DNA of 64,000 bases from the human T2T-CHM13v2.0 reference genome, Homo sapiens. Made by a program: the position numbers and the translations under genes. The stretch's first letter is position 1. Every line of letters starts with the position of its first letter. The stretch lies in the NCBI RefSeq assembly GCF_009914755.1, contig NC_060947.1. One strand, written 5' to 3'. Shown in pieces: positions 17,585-35,228 of this stretch. The notes beneath the pieces were generated by a model. That model was not told where the DNA came from, made no database searches, and worked only from the letters and a program-made list of their open reading frames with translations.

Positions 17585-17969
17585 TCTAACATGAAGGTCA
17601 ACGGATAAGCAGAGAGCTTATCTTGCTTGTCTGTCACTTGGTGAATATCAGCGCTACCAAACGCACAGCCCTATGTGGGAAGCTCCATGAAGCACCAGCC
17701 ACATTTTGATACAGCCGGGACCACTTCTGAAACCTACAGCCTAAGCAGTGTGGAAAAGGTGGGGTCTCAGATGGCCACTTCCACTACAGGGATGGCCAAG
17801 AGACTTCAAAGAAAGTTGAGGAGATGCCACCGCCATCTGTACCTAACAGGATGACTGCTGGGAGCATCACCCCTCACTTTCTGTTTTCATTTAGAGCAGC
17901 ACAAGAGAAAAGCAGCTCTCTCTAGAGGAGGAGATGGAAGGGAGACACTGGAGCATGCTTCTAGTTTGA

Positions 17970-18311
<342 letters not shown>

Positions 18312-19009
18312 TGGAGCTCTTTATACGCGGAACCAGCTCCCCTTTGCTGTCCTTGAACCACATTCCCAGGGAGAGATGCAGACCAGGCGCTCCTCCAATT
18401 TGGGAAGAGACCCTACAGGCCTGTCAGTTTTCTTGTGTCTTTGGCTCAGAAGATGACAGAGGCTCAGATCTGTAGAATGACAAATACGCAGGAGGCCAGG
18501 GGAACTCAGAGACTGCTTTTCAGTTCTCCACCTCAGGTACTCCAAAGACAAGCTCCCCCTTCCTCCTCTCCAGAAGGCCCCATGACAACTTCTTCAAAAA
18601 AAGAAAAGAAATATGTGTATATACATATACATATATATATATATATATAACCAGTAAGCTATATATATGTTTTTAAATATTCAAATTGTTGGATGGGACA
18701 AAATAAAACATCAAGTCTTTCTATCCCACTCTAGTTGTTCTGGTAATTACATTACAACTTTAGATAATACACTTCTCCCCCATTTCTTGATTTATAAACT
18801 TTAGTCTGAGGCTTTTCCTTCCTAGTAAGGATGGTACGTTTAACTCATTTACACTCCTGTCTCTTTTTTCCAATTTTTTCTTCCCAATTTTTATTATAAT
18901 TAACTTTATACTGGAGATATATAACATTTGCTTTCTACTTTATAACTAATAAGTAGATTTTTTATGCTTTGTGTATAGATTGAGTCTAAGTGTTAAAAAC
19001 CAGTAAGCA

Positions 19010-19344
19010 GACTGGATGCAGTGGCTCAGGCATGTAATCCCAGCACTTTGCGAGGCTAAGGCAGGCAGATGGCTTGAGCCCAGAAATTCAAGACCAGCCT
19101 GGGCAACATGGTGAAACCTCATCTCTTAAAAAAAAAAAAAAAAGCAAAAATTAGCAGGGTGTGGTGACACATGCTAGCTACTTGGGAGGCTAAGGTGGGA
19201 GGATCACTTGAGCCTAGGGAGGTCAAGGCTGCAGTGAGTTATGATCGTGCCACTGCATGATCAGTGCAGAGTGAGACCCTGTCTCAAAAAAAAAAAAAAC
19301 CCACCCCCCCAAAAAAAAACAAAACAAAAACAAAAAAACAAAAA
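19010..19344 (+). mobile_element. Alu (J-type), sense
   Basis: Diverged dimer; TSD AAAAACCAGTAAGCAG. Confidence 0.9.
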
Positions 19345-21610
19345 CCAGTAAGCAGCATTTGTAATATAACATCATTGCATGAATGCTGTTCTCTGGAGAA
19401 CCAAGCAAAGTGGTTGGAGCAATATAAAAGGAAATGTAACACACTGTCATTTAAATTTTGTCAGTCAGAAGAGAACCCTTGAGTATCTTGCCAAATAAAA
19501 GATCTTTTCTTTTTGACTTTGTTCACTTCTTCTGAGTTATAACAATCACTGTCCCCTTTGCTGGATTTTGTTTTGTTTGATCTTTATGTTATTTTTCTTC
19601 CTTCTTACAGGGTCTGCATGGTGCTAAACTTTCTGAATTTTTACATGTCTGAAAGCTACCCTCCTTCATTCTCTTATTTTTGATTGACAGTTTGGGTGTA
19701 GAATTCTAGGTTCAGACTTCTTTTTTTCATCCTAGAACTTTGAAGACATTGCTCAACTGTATTCTAACAACCAATTTTGTCGATGAGAAGTCTGATTCTT
19801 GCTTTTTGGAGGTTGCTTGTTTTTATCTTTGGAAACCTCAAAGATTCCCTCTTTTTCTCTTGTAGTTATGGAATGCCCCCGAACGTGTCCATTCAACCTA
19901 CTCACACTTGGTGGGCCCTTGCACTCTGGAAACAACTGTCTTTCTTAGCTAAGGGAATTTTTCTTCCATTATTTCTTTGGTACTTTTCCTCCAAAGTCTC
20001 TGTCCTCTCCTTTCAGATCCTGTCAAATGATTTGGACCAACTGATTCTGACCTCCATATCTTGAAACTCTCCTCTTACATGTTTCTTTTTGCTATAATTA
20101 TTGGACTTTTTTTTTCTCAACTCTATCTTCCAGATCAACAATTTGGTCTTCATCATATTCAAGTTATTAGCTATCCATTACATTTTTTTGGTTAATTTCA
20201 GAAACCTTGTTTTTAATTTTCAAGAATTTTTTGTTTGATTTACTCCTTTTTCTAATAATCTTCTCTAGTATCATGACTGAAAAAGCCTTTCAACTCTCTA
20301 AGGATTAATCAAAAAGTACATAATTGTTTAATTAGTCCCTCATGTCTCTATTTAGTTTTTCTCTTCATCAGGCAGGTACAGACTCCTACCATGGCCAAAG
20401 TTGGGTGGGGAGTGACTCTCAAGAGAAAAATCTTTGATGCCCTCAAGATCTGTTTCTCTACCAAGCCCTCTCCAGGTAGTGTCTCTAACTTTCTTTAGGT
20501 ATCTGTGGCTTGAAGAAAAAATTAGCAGCTACCAATTGATCTGTTGACACAGGAAGTACCTGTTGCAGCTGTTCTTAACATTCTTTAATAAAATCATCTG
20601 GACAAATTGGCTCAAGACTTACCTTTGTCTTACATTACAGTTTTCTCTCCTTTTTAGTTTTTTTCCAAACTAAAAAGTGGAAATCCCAAAGTCACTAAAA
20701 TTTAGATTCAGATGAAACTTTAGAGATAACTCCTGTTCCTCTTCAGAGGATCAGTTTCTCACTTTAGCACTGTGTCACTCTCCTGGTGGATACTCTTCCA
20801 TTTTCTTTACATCCTTTCTGAGACCAGCAGGCAATATGCATTCTGGATTCTAATAGTCCACATGGCTTGAAAAATCCCTGGGGGTTCTACTTCAGTTAGT
20901 AGCAAACAAGGTAATTTGAACCAACCTTTCCACTGAGAACAACTAGAAAAGCTAGACAAAATAAAATAAGACAAAACCATCTGCTTGAAGGCTTCAGAAA
21001 GCTACCAAGGCAGTGAAGAGGGGTGGAATTTGAGAGGAGGAAACCAAAGAGGTGAGCCCTGTGGTTGGTGAGCCACAGTTTCCCTAAAGGCACCTAAGAA
21101 ACAGAGCAGAGCATTTGGCAGAGTCACAAAGATAGAGTGAACCTGACAAAAAAGAAAGTCCAGGGCCTACTGAGGAAGAAGATGGAAACCAGGCTTTAGG
21201 TGGGGATCCTAGAATAAAGGGTAAAGAGAAAACAGTCAAGACTAACTCTCACAGGAACTAGGGCCCAGCATCAAATCATCCTTATTCCTGTTTGGATTAA
21301 AGTGATCTGCAATTGCTAATACCCCTAGCCTAGCCACTGATCAGATATAAGCTTAAATCATCTCTGAAGGATGATGATGTTAGGCAGAGCATCTCAAATT
21401 ATCTCTAGATTTTTTTTCTAGAGAAAAAATTGCCCATGCTTGTCACTCAGTAAAAAAAAAGAGATGCACAGAAGACCAACAATAAAGCTTCTAGAAGATA
21501 ACATAGGAAATTGGCTTCATGACTTTGGGGTAGGCAAAGATTTCTGAAACAGGACATAAAAAATACTAACTAGGAGATCAATACATTGGATTAAGACCTT
21601 TTGTTCATCA

Positions 21611-22129
<519 letters not shown>

Positions 22130-22696
22130 TCAACCCTATCAGTCATCTGAGAAATGCAAATTAAAGCCATGATTAAATACCACTACAAACCCAATAGAAT
22201 GGCTAAAATTAAAAAGACTGACAACACCAAATGTTGGTAGGATGTGGAGTAACTGGAACTCTCATATGCTAGAAGTGACTGTGTAAAGTAGTACCACTAT
22301 TTTGGAAAACTGGCACTATCTTCTAAAGTTGAACCTACCCATGTCCTATTACCCAGCAATGTTACTCCTGGGTAGATTACCAAAAAAAATATGTATATGT
22401 ACATCAAAAGACATGTACATCAATAATAGAATAAATTGTGATATATTTATATAAGAAATACTATGGAACAAGGAGAACAAATGAACTAGAACTACACATA
22501 ACAACATGGCTGTATTATACACATAATGTCAAGCCAAATAAGCCAGACACTAAAATATATATACTGTATAATCCTATTTACAGAAAGTTGAAAAACAGGT
22601 AAAACTATTAAGTGTTGCTAGAAGTCAACAGAGCAATTACATTTGGGGAGGGGGAAGGGGTAGTAATTGAGTCATGGCATGAGGGGTTTGGCAATT

Positions 22697-22907
22697 TTCT
22701 TTCTTTCTTTTTTTTTTTTTGGAGACAGGGCCCAAGTAGCTGGACTACAGGTGTGTGCCACCATACCTGACTAATTTTTGTATTTTTTGTAGAGACAGGG
22801 TTTCATCATGTTGCCCAGGCTGGTCTATAATTCCTGGGCTCAAGTGATCCACCTGCCTTGGCCTCCCAAAGTACTGGGACTAAAGGCATGAGCTACTATG
22901 CCCAGCC
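22697..22907 (-). mobile_element. Internally deleted Alu (J-type), antisense
   Basis: Poly-T GAGACAGGG joined directly to CCCAAGTAGCTGG. Confidence 0.88.
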
Positions 22908-23108
22908 TTGGAATTTTGTTTCTTGATTCGTTTGGTGTTAAATGAGTGTGTTTATTTTCTGATAATTTACTGAGCACTTATTATTTGTGTACTTTTCTGT
23001 ATATCTACTATACTTCAATAAATTTTTAACAGTTTTGGCGTCTCCAAAGACCATATATAATAAGCCACCTGCCCATTTGATGACTATGTCAACTTAAGAA
23101 ACCATGAG

Positions 23109-23431
23109 GGGTTGGGTGAAGTGGCTCATGCCTGTAATCCCAGCACCTTGGGAGGCTGAGGTGGGCAGATTGCTTGAGCCCAGGAGTTCGAGACCAGCCT
23201 GGGCAATATGGCGAAACCCTATCTCTACCAAAAATACAAAAAATTAGCTGGGTGCGGTGGCATGCACCTGTGGTCCCAGCTACTTGGGAGGCTGAGGTGG
23301 GAGATTGCTTGAGCCTGGGAGGGGAAGGTTGCAGTGAGCTGAGTGCGCCACCACACTCCAGCCTGGGCAATGGAGTGAGACCTCATCTCAAAAACAAAAA
23401 ACAAACAAACAAACAAAACAAACAAAAAAAA
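23109..23431 (+). mobile_element. Alu (J-type), sense
   Basis: Dimer; TSD AAACCATGAGGG. Confidence 0.93.
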
Positions 23432-23934
23432 CCATGAGGGTTTAACATTTTGGTTTTTAATTTTCACTTGAGACCAAGTGAATCTACTGGAACAGGGTTT
23501 GCCCTGCATGTGGCCCAGTTATGCCAGTATCAGATCATACAAGATCAGACTTGGCCGAGTTCATCCAATAGGAATTATCCTCCCCATATGGATTAACAGC
23601 TGAAGTTCTACTTCCTTTTCTGACCACAGCACGATTCATTGCGTAATTTTAATCTAATCACCTAAAAAGGCATAGTTCCCTGGACACAAAGCTCTTAAGA
23701 GCCACATGAGTCTACCAGGCTGTGGGCTGGTTACTCTAAGGATATGCAAACATTCCTCTTGGCCAGAGAGATACTCACCAGGACTACCTATGGTTGAATG
23801 CTCAATGCACACGTTCCATAAGAGGATGGGCTATCCCTGTCCCAAGCATGCATCTTTCCTTACTTATCAGGTGTCATTCACCGACAATTCAACAAGATTT
23901 CATCCCCAATGTTTCACCGACACAGGGGATGCTA

Positions 23935-24030
<96 letters not shown>

Positions 24031-26700
24031 CTAGGAACAAACAAGAGGGCACATGCTTAGTTGTACAAAAGGGATCTCAAAGAAAGGGGAAAAAAAACCT
24101 TTTTTAATAACTTGTATAGCTCTGGAGCTCATAGTCAAACATCCCATGTCAGCAAAGTTTCAAAGATATATTGGGAGGTAGCATTTGAGCAGAAATTAAA
24201 CTCAAAAGGCAGAAAAATCAGTCTCCAAAGTAAAAAGGCTGGGTTATGCCTGTGGATAGCTCAAACTTAATATGGAACAACATTTCTTTTGGCATTCTTA
24301 TTGCAATTTTCCTCAAAGTGTCTTTCAGCAGATTAATTACCCTAAAATACTCTAGATACTAACAGGCCAAAATTGATTTATAGCGAATATTTTTAAAAGC
24401 TTTTTGTAAAAGCAACTTTCCAATCCTCATCCCCAAAGTAGGCCTGTGGAAACCACATATTGTTGAGTATCCTGACAAACTAGTTAAGGCTTCTCTGTGG
24501 TCCTTACCCAGGGACCTACACTGTGCTCCAGGTGGTAAGGTACTTGTTTCCCCACCAGCTTTAGGAAGGTGGGATCAGTGGGCAGGAGAAACGAGCTCGA
24601 ACTAACAATTCTGTTATTTTATCTACCATCAAGTAGCAAGTTCCTTGCTACTCTCATGCCCTTCCAGTTTAAACATCCCCATCGTGTAACTTTCAAAATA
24701 ACCTGCAAAATCAAACATTCATTTGAGGTTTAGGAAATCTGTTCTGTGCAAGTATCAGAAGCAGCACAGTTAATATAAAACTCAGACTGACTGCAGCAAT
24801 TTGAGGGTACTACTAGGGCTGTGCAAGCACAGACTGCTTGTGAAGCTATTATTATCATCATTCTCTTTAATATTACAGGGAGAGGCAACTCTGCAAGTGA
24901 GGGACAATTGACAATCACCAAATACAACTTGAACCAAAATTACAAGTAGTTTTAAATCATGGTGAATGTAAATTCTACCCGCAATGGCAACATCAAATAA
25001 TTAATCAAAGATCTTTGAGAAGCACATAGACAAGAGAAGGAGAGAAATTAGCAAGCACTATTTATTAATACACTCCTAAAGTTTCCAACAGCAAAGATTA
25101 TTTTTAAAAATTGAATCCCCTCGGTATTTCAGGAATGTTTAGTGATGGATATGGAAATGGCTCAGTTAAATGGGCCCTTCTGTGGATGAGGAAATATAAA
25201 CAAGGAGAGACCCCAGAGACCAATTTGATTTTACATTTTTATAAATCATGAGCAAGAGAGAGAGCACAGAAATGCCTCCATTTGCAGGGTGACTGATTGC
25301 TAACCCAATGACAACTCTGGGAAGATTCCAAAATGCCACATGACTGAGTAGAAAAGTAGCAGATGACTTTTTTGATAGGCAAATATATAATGGAAAAAAT
25401 CAAATGGTTCTTTATAAAGTAATAGGCTCTAAGTTCTCAGTTCTAAGTGCCTGTAGAATTTTACTAAGGAAAAAGCCAGCACAACGATAAACATCATCAG
25501 GAAGGATACTATTAAACCATCAGGCACAAAACGAGTACCCCAAAGTCAGTTTCTTCCGCTTCTTCCCTTAAATCAATGATGAAAACAATGAACCCTACTC
25601 TGTCATCTTAACCTCTGCAAAACCACAAAGCATTTATTATCACTGGACTACTTAATTTCTTGCCATTTAATCTCAAGAAAGCTACAAGAACCCCGGAAGT
25701 TAAAAGTTAAATTTAAAAAAAGAAAGCTACAAGAGACTTATATAAGCCCCAAAAAAGACAATTAAAATGAGTAAAGCAAGGGAATGGTTTGACAGCAAAC
25801 TAACAAAAGGTCTTCTCAGGCTACGGAAAGATATGCCTGCAATCCATGAATAAGATAAAGTGACCTCAGACTCCACAGCAAATCCCGAAATGTAAGAACT
25901 AAGAAACAACGCTTAGAGGCTACAAGGGGTAAATTCAGGACAAATCAAAGGTGTAACTTTGTGAAAAGGGTGTTAAACAACTTCTTATTCCAAGAGATGG
26001 TGCCAGAAGCATGATTAGGTATAGGAAGAACTTAGATAAATCCACATATGGTGGCTTTGGGGAAATCAGGGCAGTTCTGTGGGACAGAACTAATTTTTTA
26101 AAGCTGACCCGGAAGACAAGCAATAACTGCTTCATGACATGATTGGGGCTGCTGTCACAGAGAAGCCATTGAGAGCCCTTCCTGTGGGCTCCGAACAGCA
26201 CCGGACTGAGGAAGGGTCACTGTGGGAACAGGCGGAGCCTCCTTCCTGGCTGTACTTGGCGACTCTTGGATTTTCCACTCCTGTGCCGTCCACAGAAAAA
26301 GCACAGACTTGCTCTCTCAACTCGCCCCTCCTCAAAACCTGGGTTCGCACCTCATGTCTTCAGCTCAGGCAACTTCTAGGGCCTGGAGCATTCTTTTTTC
26401 CTCTCACCTTCTCCCACCCAGAACACCTACCCGGCCAACCTCTATTCACCTTTCAAGCCTGTGCAGAAGCGTGGCTTCTCTAAGAAATGTTTCAAAAGCG
26501 ACATAGCACTCCAAGAAGTGTAGGTGTGGATATCACAGGCTCTCTCAAGAGACTATCTGGCTCCTGACTGTGCCGCTGCCATTGTCTTGCTGTGTGATGC
26601 TGGGCAAGTTACCTAACCTTTCTGTGCTTCAGTATCCTCATCTGTAAACTGGAAATATTAATAATTACCTACCTCTAGGGGCATTATGAGGCTGTAATGT

Positions 26701-27440
26701 TGTGATAGAACAAGAAATATATATCTGGTTTTTGTCTGACATAAAACTCCTAAAACCCTTGGAATTTCCTGAGTAGATGGGGTGGGAGGAACATCTTTTT
26801 TTATTAATAATAAGCTCCTTTCAAGCACACCTGAATTTATGCTAATAAGGTGACTCTTGAATGGACACTGATTGCCAGAGAAACCAACCATGTAATTAGA
26901 GGATTGGAACTTTTAGCCCCATCCCAACCTCCTAGGAGGGGAGGACTGGGGATTGAGTTAATTACCAATGGCTACTAATTTAATCAACCATGCCTATGTA
27001 ATGAAACCTCCATAAAACCCTAAATGACACAATTTGGAGGGCTTCCAAGTTGGCGCCACATACTCCCATCCCCATCCTTTGCCCTATGCATCTCTTCCAT
27101 TAGGCTATTTCCGAGTTGTATCCTTTATAACAAACTGGTAATGGTAAAAGTTGTGTTCTGTGAGTCATTCTAGCAAATTATCGAACCTGAGGAGGGGTTG
27201 GGAACCCCCCCCTATAGCCAGTCAGTCTGAAGTACAGGTCACGACCTGGGACTTGCAACTGGTGTCTGAAGTGGGGACAGTCTTGTGGGACTGAGTCCTT
27301 AACCTGTGGGATCTGACGCTAACTCCAGGTACGTAGTGAGTTAAACTGTAGGAGGTCCAGTTGGTACTCATTGGGAATTGGAGAACTGGCTGGTATACAA
27401 AAAGACCCTACATATTTGGCATTAAAAGTGGTGTGAATGT
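26701..27440. mobile_element. MER21-like LTR inserted in a MIR
   Basis: TGTGATAGAACAAGAAATATATATCTGG ... CCTAAAACCCTTGGAATTTCCTGAG; MIR halves at ~26510-26700 and ~27480-27545. Confidence 0.65.
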
Positions 27441-28243
27441 AGAGAAAATAGGTTTTAATTTTAGAACTGTAAAAGATTTTTCATTTAAAGAACTTAGGAT
27501 GGTGTCTGATATGTGGCAAGCACTCAACAAATATTGACTCATTATTGTTTGCCATGTGACTTTTTGTGCTGATTAAATATTTGTGAAATATTTAACCCAG
27601 AATCTGGCATGTAGTTAGAGCTCATATTACTAATTAAGTTCATTTCCAAAGACTGGATATGTAATTTCAAGCACATATTTGTTTGGGGGAAAAAAACGCC
27701 TAGCCATTAACATCATTTGGCTATCTTGTGTGGCTTTTTACACAAGGAATTTTCATCTTTTTACTGCCATTATTAATAGAGAAGCCCCTTCAAGAAAATA
27801 CCACCAACCCTGCTTATTATCATTTTTTGAGCATGTAACAATGAGTGTCTATTTCTTCTGCATTCATTAAGCACCTACTATGTGCCAGGCACCATGCTGG
27901 GTGCTGGAAACACAAAGAGGAATGTAACTTAGCACCTGGGCCTCAAGGAGCACTCTTTCCAGAAGGTGAAGGTGGCGAGGGTTGGGGGGTAGGGGGAGGG
28001 GAGACAGACAAATACATATTGACTGACAAATATAATGAAGAAAAAGAAAGCTGATTAAAGAACTGGGGAATAGCAAACAGTCCTATTTTTGAAATAATTT
28101 TTCTAGAATGAATGCATAATGATATCTGTGTAGAGTTACATTTCATTCCATTCTTATATAATATTAAAAGATGTTTTTAAAAGATAAGGTCATTACACTA
28201 ATAAGAACAGCTTACTTTTTTTTTTTTTTTCAGGGATGGAGCA

Positions 28244-29198
<955 letters not shown>

Positions 29199-29218
29199 TG
29201 GAGCAGAAGAGTAAATAA

Positions 29219-29928
<710 letters not shown>

Positions 29929-30009
29929 GGGCCTTTGTCATATCATTGGGATAATGGATCCAAGATTTCTCAGCAGAGGGTAATAATAGGGTTTAGAAAC
30001 AGGGAATCA

Positions 30010-30304
30010 GCCAGGCAGTGGGCTCATGCCTGTAATCCCTGCACTTTGGGAGGGTTAAGATCACTTGAGCCCAGGAGTTTGAGACCAGCCTGTGCAACAA
30101 AGCAAGACCCTGTCTCTAGAAAAATATTTTATAAATTAGCTTGGTGAAGTGGCACACACCTGTGGTCCTAGCTACTCAGGAGGCCGAGGGAGGAGGATCC
30201 CTCGGGCCCAAGAGGTCAAGGCTGCAATGAGCTGTGATTGCACCACTGCACTCCAGCCTTGGCGTCAGAGGGAAACCCTGTCTCAAAACAAAACAAAAAA
30301 AAAA
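30010..30304 (+). mobile_element. Alu (J-type), sense
   Basis: Diverged dimer with A tail. Confidence 0.9.
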
Positions 30305-33300
30305 CCAGAGTCAAATCTCTGACCGTGATACACAGATAGTTTTCTTCCCTGCTTAAAACTCTCCAGAGCTATACATTGCCTAGATCAGGGCTTTTCTAAT
30401 GGTAAAATGTACACACATTCCCTGGAGACACTGTTAAAATGCAGATTCTGCTTCAGTGGGGCTGGTGAGGCCTGAGTGTCTCCACTCTCTTGCTTCTGCC
30501 ACTCTCCACCCTCACCCTTTATCACCTTGTCACCAAGCCCTTCAGGATGCAGATTCATCTACCTTGTTGCAGATATTTTCCCAGAACCTGAAAGAATGCC
30601 TGAAATAGAACAGGTGCTCAATAACTATTTGTCAAATAAATGAATAAATTGATCTTGACTCTGAGTTTTTAGAAAACAGAAAAGGAAGAGCAGAAAGGGA
30701 AATCAGGGGCCAAGGGAGGCACTTGGAAGCACAAAAAAATGGGCGGGTTGGGGGGGGGCGGTGGTCACAGAGTAGCAACTGGAGGAAAGGCACCTCTGCA
30801 ACTGTTTGAAGTTAAAGATTTAGGTGACAGATTTACGGGTATCAGATTTCAGCCTGGAGAAACAAAAACAAACAAAAAAAAACACGGAGGACCCAGAAAC
30901 AAATGATTCTAACTTGCTCAGAAAGTCATATGTGAACGCAACAATAAACTGCTGATTTTCTACAGTTTTCACTACATACACACAGACAGACACGCACACA
31001 CGTGTGCATATACACAGGCATTGGTGGTTTCCTTTCCTCCACACTCCATTAATATCCGGCTTGTGACCTTGTCCTGTTGATATGGTGAAACTGGGATAAA
31101 TTCAGATTCACACTCTTAGCTGCTCCAAAGTGGCCTCATCAATGAGTGCTCTTCTGTAAACTCAGGGAAGGAAGTGAATGATGTGTCTGCATGTACGGCC
31201 AACAGAAATCTCAGCTGTCTGGTCTGGCATGAAAAGTCCCCTGCTTTATCGGGGTGGGAGGCCACCCCCAGGGCTGGGCAGCTTGCCTCCAGCTAGGGTT
31301 GTTTTTGTTTTGGTTGCAAAGTCACCAAGACCTCCAGAGAAACAAAGCACTGAGTTTTGTTTTTTGTTTTTTGTTTTTTTTGTCTTGTTTTGTTCTAATG
31401 AGTCAAACTTACCAGGGGACACAAAGCTGAAGTCTGCCCACAATATTTTTATGCTTTCCCCACATGAAGCAAAGTTCTAGCCAACAGCTCCCTTCCTTTT
31501 CCCACATGAGCTAATATTCTGTAGCTCCCTAGCCATGACTCTGTTTATAGCCTTGGGCTTCAAGACCAGTGAGGAGAATTGTGCTCATTATAAGACATGC
31601 CTTCCCATCAAATGTCACTTTTTTGTTTGTTGTTTTTAGGAAGATTATTTAGAAAATGAGGTAAAGAGAACCGCCCTTTTTTTTCTCTGGTGGAGAACAA
31701 ACATCTGGACTTTCCCTACCTCTGATTTCAGTTTCATGACAACACTGAGCATGTGACCTGGATCTATTTCAGGGGAAACTGCAAGAACCCAGGGTTTCAC
31801 CCAAAAATGAGAAGCCCATTTATTTCTGTTTTCCTGTTTCTCATGGCCACAGAGTGCACTGAGCCCTGCTGTTAGTGGCTCACTAGAATGAGGAGGTCAG
31901 ACCAGGAGGAACTGGAGAAATAAGGTCCTCTCTGCACAAGGGCGTGAGTCATTTCTAAGAGGGTGTCCTGGAGAACCAAGCTTGAAGTTTGCATGTTTTT
32001 CCCCATATGACAGCAATCTTGAAAACCTTTCAAAAGGTCAGTGGAACTGACTTTGAGGGGCCCTCTGCATGACTGTGTATGAGGTCTGGAAGGAAGGAGG
32101 TCAGGGGGAAGCTGTGACACAGCTTCTGGCTAGGGCTGTGGCAAACAGGGTGCCATTAGGAGTGCAGCGCGAGTGGCTGCCAGCCCGTTCACAACACCAC
32201 ATGTGCGGTGCTCTCAGCCCAAGGGGCCCTCTGGGAGCTGACAGGAACACTGAGTTCATCCATCCAGGCCCATCCAGGGAGGTTCCTGAGACTCACTCCA
32301 CCTGGGGGTGGGGGCTATTTTAGCTGTTACTGCATGGACTAAATACAAGAACCCTCAGCACTTTGGACCTGCTGCTTTCTCACTCAAACATTTCCACAGA
32401 AAAGTGACAGTAAGCTTGTTACTGAATCTAATTACAAGCCCAGTGTTCCCAGTGCGCAGGGCTCATGTGATACATAGTAAGTTCTACTACATGACCAGCC
32501 AAATCCTTTCACTTATTTCCTGTTACAGATGCTTGAATGCAGAGGTAGGAGCAATGGGAAACAGCAAAGGGGGTGGGGATGTTTTGAATGGTCCAGAGCA
32601 AGATGAAATCTCTCCAAATCTTATGATCCAGCTGCTATTGGCCTTTTTTTCTTACAAAATTAATCTAGACTGGCCACAGTTCTGTGGAGGATGCTTTAGA
32701 ATAGGGCAGCCATGTCCTACCAGAGCCATTATCTTTCCTTTGGTGAAATAAGGACGGCCATCATGTTTTCCCCTGGGGTTTTCTCAGGCTGAGTTTCAAG
32801 ATCTCCCAAACTGTTATACTCTAAATTAGCCTCGAGGTGCTCAGTTCCTGAACTCCTGTTTTCTAAAGTCCTTAATCAAAGCTAGAGTCAAATAGCAAAT
32901 TTTCAAAGAGAACTCACTGAGACCACATGCTCCCAACTGACATAATGGCCAATTCTAAGATCATCTCAAAGGTCTTCTGGAGCTCATTAAAGTGGGTGCC
33001 AAATCTCCAATGAAGCTTATTGAAAACTCTTCCCAAAATGTCCAGAACTTTCCAGGTCATGGCTTTGTGTCCCTTGAGCAGGGACCTAGAATGGACATCA
33101 ATGCTATAAATGCCTTATCAGGCTGTGGCCACCCTTAAAGAGAAAGAAACCACAAAAGGCCACAGTGGCACCCCATTGACCCCACACAGCACCACATTTT
33201 GCCAGCCTTATTAAATCTGATTTGGTAGATGGAATCATTTAGAAGATCCTATGGAATGTGAAGTCTGCTGCAGACTGCTGCAGGATTAAGTGCAATGATG

Positions 33301-33686
33301 AGTCAGATTCAAAGCTGACTGGAAAAAAAAGAATAGGGTTTCATGGACAACATACACAGGTGGTCAGTAAAGCTGCCTGTTGCATGCTGCATCTCTCTCA
33401 TTCCCTCATCCACCCAACAAACACCTATCAGGTTCCTGCATGTGCCAGCCACTGTGCTCAGCACTGGGCATTCAATGCTGAACGACATAGTTATTGACTC
33501 CCAAGGTCAAATAATATATTGGTAACACATTTCTGCCCCTATCATAACTCTCCTTTCCCCACCTTGCCTGCCCAGGTCATGCTGACCTGGATAAAGAGCC
33601 AGACCTAGAGACAAAATCATCCCGACAGCTGCACAACAGGGATGATATGGCAACCTCAATTCTTGTCTGTAAATTTGTTGATACTC

Positions 33687-34100
33687 TTCCCATCCAGAGG
33701 TTATGGTCTCTATCCCCTCCCATTGGGTCTGGGCTGGTCTTAGGAATGCATTTCTAAGCAATAGAAAGCCACGGAAGTGATGCTGTAGAACTTGCAAGAT
33801 TAGGTCAGAAAAGGTGATATAGCCTCTACCTTGCTTGCTGGGACACTTGCTTTTGGAACCTTAAGCCATCACATAAGAAATCCAACTACCCAGCAGCCAC
33901 CATGCTGGCAGGCAGCTCAGGCCACATGGAAAAGCCCTGCACAGACATTCCTGTCAGAAGTCCTTGTGGTTGGGTCCTTCCAGCCCAGGTGCCAGACATA
34001 TGAGTAAATGAACCTTTGCATGATTCCAGCCCCAGGCTCCTGGTTTTCCCACCTGGGGCCGTGGACTTCATGGAGAAAAGGCAAGCCGTCCCTGCTATGC
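33687..34100. mobile_element. MLT1-family LTR fragment
   Basis: ACTCTTCCCATCCAGAGG ... GCCACCATGCTG ... CCAGCCCAGGTGCCAGACATATGAGT. Confidence 0.6.
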
Positions 34101-34486
34101 CCTTTCCAAATTGCTCACCTAGAGGATCCCAGGCCCTGGAGAAACAGGAATGCCTTCAGGCACCTGATGTCTCTCCTTTCTTCCTCAGATCCCTGGGCTG
34201 GAGAGTCAAATCGTATTGCTCTCTTTCTCCTGGGCACCACTGATAGACTCGGAACCAGTTGTAGAACCAATATCCACTATTGAAAAGTGGAGAGTCAGGG
34301 ACTCTTTCTGGCGAGCCCACACCCTTCATAATGTTGATTAAGAACACATACCCTGGGGACAAATCCTGGCTCCATCACTTATTCTGAGATGACTCAAACT
34401 CCCAAACTTCAACTTTTAATCTGTAAAATGGGGAGAGCAGTACACGCTTCATAAGGCTGTTGTCAGGATCACATTGAGGGAATCTA

Positions 34487-34663
<177 letters not shown>

Positions 34664-35228
34664 TTAGCTTGGCCCATGGTAGCCATGCAGGCTGCAAGTA
34701 GCCTGGAGGCTAATCATCTTCCCGAAGCATAAGGAGTGGTTAGCTAAAAGGTGAGGAAAGCTGTCATGCAGAAGTCATAAGAAAGAGGTCGCATACCACT
34801 TCAGATCCCAGAGGGTCAGAGGGGCGATGAATCCCATGTGCTCACACTCTAAGCAAGGCCGCCGGAACACAACACATGCTGGCAACTGTCCACTTGCTTT
34901 TCTGCACCAGGTGGTCCCAGTTATCAAAATGGGGGTCTCACTGCACTGGGCCCTTCCTTTGTGCTGCTTCCTCACTTCTGCCCTGGCCTGCTTTAATTTC
35001 TCTAACATTCTGTTATAAACTTTTTCAAATATACAGGGAGATGTTGAAAGACTTTAGAGTGAACCCCTATATACCCACCATCACTAGACTCTACCATTAA
35101 CATTTTACTGTATATTCCTTATTACCTATCTATCCATTTCTCTATCACCCATCTTACTTTTTCTTTGGATACATTCAGATAAAGTTGCAGACATCAGAAT
35201 ACTTCCCCTAAATACTTCACGTGCATAT

